Shown here: positions 36,349-47,874 of the stretch, piece after piece
Numbering within the stretch: the first letter of the stretch is position 1
Layout: every line of letters starts with the position of its first letter
Assembly (NCBI GenBank): GCA_038496445.1
Contig: JALMLS010000075.1
Span: 124,001 to 188,000 of the forward strand
Source: Trichosphaerium sp. ATCC 40318
Lineage: Eukaryota > Protista > Tubulinea
Length of the DNA stretch: 64,000 bases
Direction: 5' to 3'
The notes under the pieces: generated by a model
What the model saw: only the letters and a program-made list of their open reading frames with translations
The model's database searches: none
Told to the model about the DNA's origin: nothing
Made by a program: the position numbers and the translations under genes

Positions 36349-39300
36349 TTAAGGTCTTGTTGCTATCCAGTATAGTGCATTAGTCTTTGGGTTACCGTTA
36401 TCATACTGGGTCAAGTTTTGTAAATCATTCCAAGCTGTATTTTTATCTAGAATAGCACTGTCCATCAACACGTACCCTCTTGTGAAAAAGAGTCAACAAC
36501 CACGCAAAAAATTCAAGAATAAAACAAGAAAGCAAACACAAAAACACCCTCGTACTTCCAAATATCTGCGATGTTTCCTGATAGTACTCTTGATAAGAAA
36601 CTATATTCATAAGTAACCCATGATGTAGGAGAAAGTAACCACTCTGTTATAGGGGTAAAAGGGAGCATTTGAATGCAATGAATGTATTCCATGTTTGAAC
36701 CGAACCATGTCGCATTATCCACTTTTGTTGACCATAGAATACCAACAATTGGATTAGCAAACTCAGGTGGATATATATCAGAGTTCCTAAATTAATTAAC
36801 ACAAAGTTAGACATAATCGTTTGGTTTGTGACTCGATAGAAAATATCAAATTTTTCTGTGTTTTTTTCACTTTTTGTTCGAATTTGTACGGTTTTATATG
36901 CCAGTATGTCTGAACTGATTGAATCTCTGTAGTCATCAATACACGACCTAAGTCTTCAATGTGTCCTTGATTTGTTGCAAGCCCCCATAAGTAAATCCCG
37001 CTACGCGTCCTTGTTAGGCTTTTTGGGATTGAAAAAAACCACGTGCTAAGTATATGATCAGTTATTTTCTAAGATAGATAAACTATTTTTCAATGTACCT
37101 AGTAGGCATGTACAGCTTCAGATGTTGATTCTTGGTTCTTTGAATCTTCAGAATAAGAGAAAAAAGTAAGAAATAGAACAGGCGTTTTTTTAAATGTTTT
37201 CTAGAACGTACCTGGAAATGTATCTAGTCCATTTGCCCAAGAGTGACCCAAGAACCTTAAAAAAATATTAAAGATCGTTTTTGGAGGTTGATCACGTGCC
37301 AGTTCTTATGTCTTGTTATAGGAAAGTACTCATCGTCTGCAGATGGATTTGCAATATCACGAATAAGTGCATTAACAAAAACAGCATGACTTGATACCCA
37401 TGAAGGATCAAACTTTGCTATTACTGCGGCACTATATATGTAATATCCATAGTGAAAGTCTAAGAGGTATGCATAAAAACAGAGGAGCAAATGACGTCAC
37501 AAATGTTCGCACGATGATCGTTATAATATCCATTTCCGAAATCAGCCGTTCCATCATTTAACCCTCTAGATGTGCATATACCACCCCAAGACTCATCGTA
37601 CATAAATTTATTAACATTGTTACCTTTAAACCAGATCTCAATGGCAGTCTAAACGTAAACATTAGCCAAAGGCAAATGAGTAAAATTACAGGTCGTCTTT
37701 TCGCTTGGTTTACCTTGAGTCGTTCTACCAGGTTGTTTCGTATTGTGACTTCACCGACTTGATCTGCTATTAGTGCTAATCTAGCTGAAGCTGATAGTGT
37801 CTTTCCGTAAGCGTATACATCAACCTAAAGTCAACAAACTTAGAATGTAAAAAACCCAAAACTTGCTGGAACAAAGTAGAGTTCCTGCTCAATAGTAGGC
37901 TATTCTTCAAAAAAAAGCTGAAACAGGTTTTTTATGATTTCGAGACAATGTTGTAATTGAATTATGAAAATAAGAAGGTGTACTGCAGGTTCTATAGGCC
38001 AATTTTGATCATCTTGAAGTGATGTTTTAATATCGTCTATCCTTGTTGGATCAATTGGTCTTGGGGCATCCCATCTAGATATGATGTTAATGTACTTTAT
38101 AATCTATACTCTTAGTATCGTACTGAACATCAGGTAGAGAATATTTAAGCGTCCAAGTGCTTAACAGTCATGTAAGAAAATTTTCAGAATATTGACGTTG
38201 GTTTCGAACAAAATTGCGTGCCTTCCTTGTACGCCTGTCATGTTTCCTTTGATTGTTCTGTATAATTGTCCAACCGATGCTATACTATTAAACAAAGGTA
38301 CTTGGTGAGGTAGAGCCATCATTAGGAGTTTATCAGCCTTTCCTTTTGTTTTCCAGTCAAAAGTCAATGATGCTGTTTTTTCCTATTTTGTTTTAATACA
38401 TTAACATATTCTGATTGTTTTGTACTGCTCTGTTCACTGCGTAAGTGATTTGTCCTCCAGTTGCGTATGTATCTACATGCTCGTCTATAATCTTCGCGCC
38501 ATCGGTTATATCGGGTATCATTGCTAACTGCAGTGTACCGTGCAGTCGTTTAGAAGTTTTTAATCCAACTTTGCAGAAATAAGGAATTTGGAATATTTAA
38601 ATAAGAAAAAAAACGAAACTCGAAAGGGACTGTAAGATACTCTTCTCTTTCTTGCGTACCAATGTTGTCCCACGAGAATTTTGGAGCCTTCCCTTTTGTT
38701 GTATATAGTTTCCATGTCTTTCCACTATTTAACTCTATCTCCAGAACCTTATCTAAACAAGAGATGAACGATTGTACTAACTTTTTAAAAAGGTAACATT
38801 GCGCTTACTTTGAATGCTCGATGGTTGATTTTGTTCATTCACACGGACAATTGCATGCACTGAAGAAAGCTGAGGAGATAGACCATTATATTTCAAGGTG
38901 ATATATGGAGACCCACGAACGATATATGCCTGCATGGTCAGCTCTTGGTGAGAAGTTAATAGATTGTTTCGTAGAATGAAAAACAAAAGAGTATTTGTGT
39001 TGACTAACCATTTGGGTATGTGAACCAGAGAATTGCTATAAAACATACAATTACAGCAACACCAACAATAGATACAATGACAACACAGCAATTTGTTTTT
39101 AAGAAAGCAGCATTAGGAGCGTCCAGGCCTCCACTTAATTTAGAGTACTCCGAATTTGATACCTCAGCATTTTCTTTTTGCCTAAAGAGGAAGTCACAAA
39201 TCACTAGGTGTTGCTTTGTTAAATTGTGAATTATGTATTTAATACCCTATTATTCTCATGGATTTCTCTTTCAGACGTTGTGCAGTTTCATGTTGACCAG

Positions 39301-40774
39301 TTAGCGTGAATGGTATCAACCATAATTTCGCATAAAATATAATCCAAACCAAATACACAAAAAAAAAAGCATAAACAGGCCATATCCCAGCAGTGACACC
39401 CATCATTCTCATACCGTCAGCTTTTAATTCGTTAGGCGATTATTGATCAGTTTGTTTTGCTTAGTGAGTACCTATCTCTACCACACCGGCCAAAGGTGCA
39501 GCAAGGAGTATAATCCAGTAGACAGTTTCGAGCCTTATTATCCATGGATTTTTTGAATAAAAATGTTTCATTATTAGTAGTGCAGCGTTACTTATAGGCA
39601 TCGCAAACGCTAATATAAACAAAGGGTATCCACTGTGTACATTCAGTTAATAAACAAAGGGTTTTCAAGTTGAGGTTTTCAAGAAGAACGAAAAAGGGTG
39701 TAAGCTTTTCGTACAGGATTTTGTGGAAATGGTTAGTCGTTGATACTTGCATATCACCATCAAAAAGTGATGTCAGTGTAAACCCTACAATCGATAATAC
39801 CAAGTTAATGGTTATACAAAGGAAAGAAGCTAAATATCTCCAGTTCCTGTAACAATAAACTGAGTTACTGAAAAAAAAAAACCATAAAATGCTCTTACGC
39901 ATCAAGTGAAGCTGGGTATTTAGCTGTGATGAGTGACAACATAACAAATACTCCCCACCCTAAGAACATTGCAAGTCCATGACCTTTTGGTAAGAGTACT
40001 AGAACAGGTGCTTTAGGACCGATGGTTTACTGTCAAACGAAGATATCTTACCACTTTTGTACCACTCTACCTGTACACCAAGTTCATCATAATCAACAAT
40101 TCTTTTCCCTTCTGCTTGTGAAGCTGTCACACTTATATCTGCTACGAAAATACTTGCGACGTGGGTCCCTGCAGCGAAGCTAACTGAGTCAGTTCATGCG
40201 ATAACAACAGTTAAAGTGTAGTCTTTCAACTGGAAGTATACAATCACGCAAGAGTGTTACATTATATTCATTGGGTACGTCATTGTGTTTCAAAAAAAAA
40301 ATACTAAAAACGTACTAATCAGGGTAACAAACTGTTATGCCCTTAGAGTCTACACGCGTCATATAGGGTAATGGCGCTACATAAGAGCGTTAAAATTACC
40401 TCGTGAACAATCAGGAAAACCCCTTATCAGCGTACAAAACTGCCACTTGGAGTTATCTAACACTGCATTCATCCAAAAAGAATGTGTAGGATAAGGTCTC
40501 TCGATTTTATCCCAAATCCTATTTTATTTGTAATCACGTGCGCGTATATTATTACGTTAACGAGTTACGCACGTTCCTGGTTTTTCAGGATGTGTTCTAT
40601 GAGGAAAAGGAGGGTTTGAAGTTGACACTGGTGTTTTTGACACACCGTGAGGTTTAGATACTATCGCATGTCAGTTACGGTACTATATGAGCTCTTGGTG
40701 GTATTTCTTACCGCAACGTGCTATATATAAAGCGCTTATAAGCGTCAATGATACCCACAAGAGTTTTAAAGCAT
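36349..40774 (-). CDS. GH81 endo-1,3(4)-beta-glucanase with in-frame six-TM cytochrome-b561-like insertion
   Basis: Signal peptide MLLKLLWVSLTLISALYIA; 'PYPTHSFWMN'; 'VRGSPYIT'; 'DFGNGYYNDH', 'FHYGY', 'RHKNWFLGHSWANG', catalytic 'NQESTSEA', 'IQMLPFTP'. Confidence 0.9.
39009..40010 (-). other. Five-exon, 753-nt multi-pass membrane module (cytochrome-b561-like) inside the GH81 gene
   Basis: Exons 40010-39899, 39846-39715, 39632-39472, 39420-39246 and 39181-39009, all GT-AG and in frame; 'HGLAMFLGWGVF', 'HKILGYPLFIL', 'EIADG'. Confidence 0.75.
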
Positions 40775-41235
40775 TGGGGCGCGCCATTATTCAAAATAAT
40801 GATCGTAACGTCACCGGTACAAGACAATATGCCAACGGCTTTAAGTTCTTGGTTAAGGCAATAAATAAAATGTAGACAAGTCGCTTTGATGTGCTACATT
40901 TTAGTTTAATAAATTTCGCCCTCTGAACAGCTTGCACTGCGAATCCATGGTGCATTGCAATATCAGCGTAAGCAGAAACAACAGATGAGCTGTCATCAGA
41001 CTCGTAGGCGCTTGTGCAGAGTCCTAGGCAGAAAGCGGCAAATAGGAAAGAAGGGTGCTTTGAGTTGTAGTAAACGAACAAGTGAAGAGATGGAGAATAC
41101 TTTTATTGTAATAAGGGTAATACAAAAGGAGAGAAACCGCCTTCTAGACTTCGAAATTAAAAAAGTCGAGGGATTGAAAAATTGGGTAAAATTGTGGTGA
41201 ATTCACACCGGTGGTATGTTACGATTGATTTGATC

Positions 41236-41973
41236 TCAATCGGAATGTTCTACGCCACATTCAAAAGAACATGCACGTGTTGGTAGGTTTTTGTTGCATT
41301 TTCTGATGCATTGTTGACCTTGAGGACATCCTGTTCTTGTGCACTGTTCTACAAGTCTGTTTGTCTTCGTTGCTTGTTGTTTAGGTGTGCATGTGTATTC
41401 GCAATCTACTGTGAAAGTAGTTGCTCTCTTGCATGATGTAGCAGTGCACTCTTGACCTTCAGGGCATCCGTCCATACCGCACATGAATTGCCATTTCTCG
41501 ATATTAGTATCATCGCCTGCTGTAGCTTCGGTTTCAGCGTGTTGTTCTTCTTCTTGTTCTTCTTCTTCTGTAGGAACCTCAGGGCAAGGACATTGACCAT
41601 GGCATTTTGGAGTGATACCGTGAAGCCGTCCAGTTGTTTTGGAAACGCAGTTAACATAACATCTACAAGAAAGATAAGAATCAGCAACCGAAAAAAAAAA
41701 GAGATAAAAAGTTGTTTGAACCGCAATTCAGCGGGAGTTCAAGAACTTACTTATTAGGATATGTAATGCCGTCACTACCGCATACTTGTTCGAATTTATG
41801 GTGTTGACAAATACGCTGGCATGAACTTGCGTTTGAAGAGTGTACGAGTGTAAACTAGAGGAAATGAAGTCAGTTTTTGTATTCAGTGTTCAATTCTTGT
41901 TCTTGAGGTTCAAGTTTCAACGTACAATGACACAGGCCAGTGTAAGTATTCTAAGTGATTGTGTTTGGGCCAT
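41236..41973 (-). CDS. Small secreted Kazal-domain / Cys-rich protein; 3 exons
   Basis: Hydrophobic leader; 'CQRIC...QVCGSDGITYPN.CYVNC' Kazal motif; two C..GCP.GQ.C repeats. Confidence 0.8.
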
Positions 41974-42531
41974 TTGTGGTGTGTTTTGTGTGATTGAGGT
42001 GAGAATGCCATATCGGGTTAAAACCGAGGAAATTCAAGGGATTTGGCCTTCCATATATGTACTTCGCAGTTAAACTACTTCCGCACGCTTTGATAGTGCC
42101 CCAAAAGCGCCCAGAGGTTTCGGGTACTTTTGTTTAGGCAGAATAACTTCAGAAAGTAACGTTTAGTTTTAAACGGGCTTGAATAACATCAAAGTGACGT
42201 ATTATAGCGTGCGAATGCCTTAACGTTCAATTTAAATGGTAGTCAGAAAACGTTATTTGATAATAAATGCCGAACGGAAACAAAACGCTCTGATACTTTC
42301 AGAATATGATATCGATATCATTGATAACCGTTTACAGCGTTTTCGTTTTTTGTAGTATTAGAAAATGAACGGTTCGTTATTGACAACTGTTCTCCTATAT
42401 TTCTCCACCACAACAACGCACTAATATATACACAATACGATAAGCAATAATTAACGCGCGAATTCTTATCCATGGACGAAAAAAACGACAAGACATTTCG
42501 CTGTTTTCTTCTTTGTTTTTAAATTTGTTTA

Positions 42532-44729
42532 TTATTCTTTCTTTTTTGATAAACCAACAAGTTGTTCTATTGTTTCTTTAGGTAAAGACCTTGGAAACTC
42601 ATCTGGTTTTGAAAGACTTTCAATCTCAACAAAATCCTTCAAACTACCTCCAAACGAAGCACCATAGTTTATTAATATTTGCTGACCGATTTTTATGTCA
42701 GTTATCGCAATAAAAACTGCCTAATTCAAGTTGTAAGTCCTCAGAAGAAAAAAATTCCCAAAAAGGAAAGTAAGAAAATAGTTGTAAAGTTTTCGGGATT
42801 TTACAACGGGTTCAGATTCGCCTTTGTTCTACATATGTGTAGTATCGTTTTATATAAATATTCAGACGTTATTTTATACATCATTGAGTTAAAATTTAAA
42901 GAGTGACAGAAAAAAAAAGAAAAAAACTGTGACGATTCGTAACATACCTGTTCAGCGCCTTTATCCATTATACATTCCGCTTGTGCATTAGGGACCTTAC
43001 TGTGGTTAGCCATAGCAGCTAGATTTCCTAATTATGAACAGTTAGTGCGTTTTAACGTCAAGGAAAAGTTGTTGTCGAAAAAACGTGTATTGCACGCGTA
43101 AAAACTTCGTAAGAAAATTTTCGATTGACTTGTCAGAAATGTATTGTGTCAAAGTATGTTTCTTACTATACTCTGAAGCATCTAGAATCATATCTTCTAC
43201 GCCAGATGTAACAGCATAAGATCTATTAGGTTGCTCTACATCCTTGACAACACGACCACCATACTTGACAATAAAATCACCTTTTTTAAACTCCTTCTTT
43301 GCGAAAATACCGTAACCGATAACATCGCTTATTTTTGATAACACAAGATTTTCATCACCACTAGTAGTATTCATAATCTTTGTATACTTTTCTCTAAACT
43401 CAGCATCCTTTGACGTTATTTGCATACCAGAAAACAAAAGTTCTTCAATGTACATAAAACTACACAAAGGATGAGGCGTCCATTTAACCTAAACGTTATT
43501 AATAATAAGAAGAACAAGAAGAAGAAATAAAACGTGTTTCAGTGGGACGTTTTCGTTATACTCAGCGTGAGTAAAACACAAAAAAACTTCGTGACGTTTT
43601 TTTTTTTCTTGTATTCTTTTTTTCTTTTTTTCAGAAAACTGTCTGTTCCTTGGTTCCTATTTTTATGAAAAACATAAGTACCTTTAGTGTTTCTTCAAAT
43701 TGCTTCGTTTCCCATGATTCTAGCTCTTTTGTCTCGTTATTGTAGTATGTAATGGAGTGACCTTTAAAGTGGTTTTTTGGTGGTAGCATTTGAAGCATAC
43801 GCGCAAAATCAAGCGGAGTGCCTAGATTACGCTTGATAAGTGAAAAATTAAGCGTTATCAAAAGAAAAACCAAAAAAAAAAACGCGATTAAAAAATTCGC
43901 TGAAATTCGTTTGTTAGACGTCTATCTATTGATTCGTTACCTTCAAATTTATCTTTACCATACATGGTTGCGCCAGCCTTAAGTAGAGCCCACCTATTAG
44001 AATTTAAAAAAATTTCAGAGCCAAAACAAATTCTGATTTTTTGAACAAATTGCTCGTACATGATTGCCACATTCTCAATAAACACTGCCAAATGGAATGG
44101 TGTAAACCCAGTAACGAAATCACCCTTATCTACAAAGTTTTTTCCTCCATTCTCGAGCACTAACTCGACCATCTTGACATTTCCTGTTAATACCTACGCT
44201 ATACGTTTTAATACAAGTCACAATCATGTGGTAGAGCGTACAGCGTATATCAATGCCGATTTATCTTTGCTCAAGTCGCGAATTTCGTCACCTTTTGAAA
44301 GCGTCAGAATAATACAAAAAGAATGAAAACTGGTAGCCAGTGCGTAGTTTTAAAGTACAATGGCGTTATTGAGTGTTTTTCTATTCGGAACCTTCTTGAA
44401 ATGACCTTTGGCTATCCTTCTTTATCTGTAGCTCTGCTGTGTCCACGTCGTTTGATAGTATAAGTTCTTGTATTGTTGTCAAGCCTTCTCCCATTACATT
44501 TTGCATTTCGGTTGAAAGCTTCTTAGCGAACGCTTTTCCTCTCATTACATCAAAATCAAAGCAAGCTAGGAAATAACTGAAGAAATTATGTTAAAAAGCG
44601 TTAATTTTTATCTACATACGATGCCCACTGTGTTGGAGCAGGTTTCTTCGCAATTAATGGGCATTTCTCATCTCCAAGGCATACTTCCTTTAAAAACAAT
44701 TTGTACCACTTTGATTCTGAAAGGGACAT
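42532..44729 (-). CDS. Ankyrin-repeat + SET-domain protein (putative lysine methyltransferase)
   Basis: Ankyrin 'GFTPFHLAV', 'GTPLDFA'; SET 'IGYGIFAKKEFKKGDFIVKYGG', 'LDASEY|RNLAAMANHSKVPNA', 'QILINYG'. Confidence 0.85.
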
Positions 44730-44985
44730 GTCAGTAACACTCTAGTACACGTTTAATTCGTTTAGCTCCTTAATTAAGCTGAAAACATAGGCTTAACTAA
44801 ATACCCTTCATTCTACGCCTTCTAGTACGACTATTACAATAGCGTGTCAACCAGAACAGAGTTGCAAGCAAAAACTATGTTCTAGCCAAGTTCGAGTAAC
44901 AGGTTGTTCAGGTACTGTAAACGTATGTGCTATGATAAAAGAGTTTTATTATCTTATAAATGCATGTGGCAAAACGGGACACTTT

Positions 44986-46742
44986 TTAAATTACTAGAGC
45001 GATCAAAGCGATCACAAGGAATGAAGTGAAAGCCAATACGCTGCTACTACTTGTTGCGGTGGTTGCATGAGTAACGCCTAATGCAGAACCATCACGGTTA
45101 AGGCTTGCGACTACAGCACTTACTGCTGCATCTATTAAAATAGTTAGTATTGGGATGAGAGAAAGGGAGTACGTACTCTCTTCATTCGAGAGGTTAACAT
45201 CAACATGTGCTTCTCCTGAATTTCTCTTGAAAGATGAACATCCAACTGTATCCTCGACTTGAATAGCTTTATCCATAAACTCTGAGATGTACTCTAACAG
45301 AGGCGCCAAGTTTGTACAATCGCTCAAGAACACTCGGAGTTTTACCTTCAAAACAAGTTAGCTTTATTTGAACAAATGAAGAACTGTAGTACGTACAGAT
45401 ACTTTATCGGTAGCATCTGGGTCGTCAACAGCGCCTTTAGCATCTGGAGGTTCGCAATAACCGAAACAATCTGGGCAATCGTCTCCATCAAGGCAAACAG
45501 TAGCGCCACAAACCCAATCTATAAAAATCAGATTAGAAAAGTAACCATCAAATTGCATAGTCTGAAATAGTTGAGGTACCCTCTTCTTCGCATCCTGTAG
45601 ATGTTGTGTTTGCGCTTTCATCAGCTACACATGTATCGCCATCGGATACACGTGCCAATGTACATGGTTCACAAGGACATTTTCCAAAACACTTTCTTCT
45701 GATCCATTCATCATCTTCTTGTCTTACACCGTTTTCGCAATTACGCTTGTATCGAAGACAACTACATTGCCGTGGTTAGAACTTCGTAGATCAGAAAACC
45801 ATTGTGCAATTAAATCGTGGTCTGGGCGTACTCATTCTTGAACGAAGTTCCATCTGAACCGCAAACGTAAGACTCAAAGTCTTCATCGCATCCGGCAGTT
45901 GCAAGTAAATCACATCGATCGCCTTTACGTTCTCTGCACATTCCAGTATACGTTGTAGGACAAATATCATCGTCAGACATTTCCTACAAAAACAGTGAGA
46001 AAGCGCAACTTGCAAAACTTTACGAGGCAAAAAAAAGAAAAAAGAAAGAAAATAGCTACCAACTCACCTCGCAGTATTCATTGTCTGCGCACTCCATTGG
46101 TACAAAATCTGGGTCTAGAGGCCATCCATCACATTTCTCCATGAAAGTACATTCTTCAGGAGTGGTAGTTGAATTATCTCCACCAGCATCTGGGTCTGGG
46201 CAAGGACATTTACCTGCACAATCGACTTCGACTTTATCATCACCGTCTCTGTCGTTAAGGCAGTTTTCCCTCGTTAAGTAGCACCTATTAAAAACGTGAT
46301 TAATAATCTCAAGCTTCGCGATTTTAAAAGTTAAAATGTTCACACGCACTCATTAGGATATGATTCACCATCTGTACCACAAACGCGGTCTAATCTGGAC
46401 TTACATTTCCCACATTCTTTATTCTTTAAATGTCTCTTCCACAACTCATAAAGATACTTTCGGAACCAATCCCATTTATCATCATCATCATTATCCCCCA
46501 TAGGATCCGTAGGGTCCGTAGGGTCCACAGGGTCCATTGGGTCCATTGGGTCCATTGGGTCCATTGGGTTAGACATTGGGTCACCGTCGTCGTCATCGTC
46601 GTCTTCAGTGTTAGCGCCAACAAACTGTAAAAAAAGGGAAAGCGTTAGGTTTGTGTTTCAATTGTTTTTTTTCTCGATAGGCTTGACTTACAGTGCACGC
46701 AAAGAGCAAGGCAGCAAGAAGTAGTATCAGTAGCTTCGACAT
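44986..46742 (-). CDS. Cell-surface Kazal/Cys-rich protein with DPM repeats and C-terminal hydrophobic (TM or GPI) tail
   Basis: Signal MSKLLILLLAALLFA; 'VCGTDGESYPN.CY' Kazal motif; (DPM/DPT) repeat; C-terminal VLAFTSFLVIALIALVI. Confidence 0.75.
46500..46570 (-). repeat. 9-nt coding tandem repeat (DPM/DPT)
   Basis: gggtccatt and gggtccgta units on the + strand. Confidence 0.9.
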
Positions 46743-47874
46743 GGGAGCTGTGTCTGTTATGAAGGTACGCAGTTTTGATTAAAAGGTCATTCATGCCAAC
46801 TTAAAATCATGGACTTAGGAAAAGAGGAAGTTCTCAATCTATTTCTGGTGTTGTCGTCAACAGATCTCTATAACCGACGCTCGCATATACTTTAAATATA
46901 GTCTAAACTGTAATTGTTAACAAAAGTTTGTGGGAAGGAGTAAAAACGCCGAAATGAAATTTCATACAAAAGTTGATGGTTTATACACGTCATTTGATTG
47001 TGGCACTTTTTGTTTCTTGCCCATCTTTTGCTGACGCATTCGCATATTGGTTCACACTTTAAACACTGGAAGTATTTAGGTTAGCGTATTATGTACTACG
47101 TTAAAGTACATACAAAACCTGTAAAACCGATAAGGGTATGGAGCAAAAAAATCTCAAAAGAACTTCGCCAAAAACGGCAGACATCGTAATTGTTTAGTAT
47201 TTAGAAAAGTTGATCGTAAGAAAGGCAAGAGAGAACTATACGCTGTGGTTTGCGAGGGATTTTAAAGATCGGGTAATGCTGCCAATAACGAAATCACGAA
47301 ATGACGCTAGAGAAAAACTAAAGTGAAATCACGTGCGTGACAGACGTAAAGAAGTCTAGGAAAAATATTTTTCTGCATTTATACCGCACTTTGTACTGCG
47401 CAGGATTGCGGATATTAATATTGCTGTCGCTCGTATTACCAACGTTTCTCTTGTGTACGTAGTACTGATAGGCAGTTGCGAAAACAAACTATGAAGTACA
47501 CCATACAAAACTGCAGTTTTGTGATTTTACTATTGTAATTCTCGCAACTTGGTTTCGTGTTAATCTGTCTTCAGGCCGCGAAGAAAAACCTACGACTTCA
47601 ATCGAGATTCTAAATCAATTACTCACGCTTGATTGTGTGAATGATAAAAACCCCAATAAAACAGCACAATAGTTACATCTTCAACAATTCTCATCGTTTT
47701 TTGTTTCACCAACTGGATGGAGTATTGTTTGTTATGTCATTAAATAACGCGAATGTGAGTTACTCTTGCGAGTAATTTTTTTAGCTTTCATGAGCCTCCC
47801 ACTATTTTTTAGTTTTTAAGTTGTCTTTTTACAAGTATATTTTATTTGTCTTTTCATTCAACACTTCCGAGCCT

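Noticed and set aside
40930-41050. CTGATGA on the minus strand (hammerhead or C/D snoRNA candidate) and a 96-aa ORF
   Set aside because: No GAAA core after the putative stem II, C-D spacing too short, and the ORF has no ATG start or recognisable homology.
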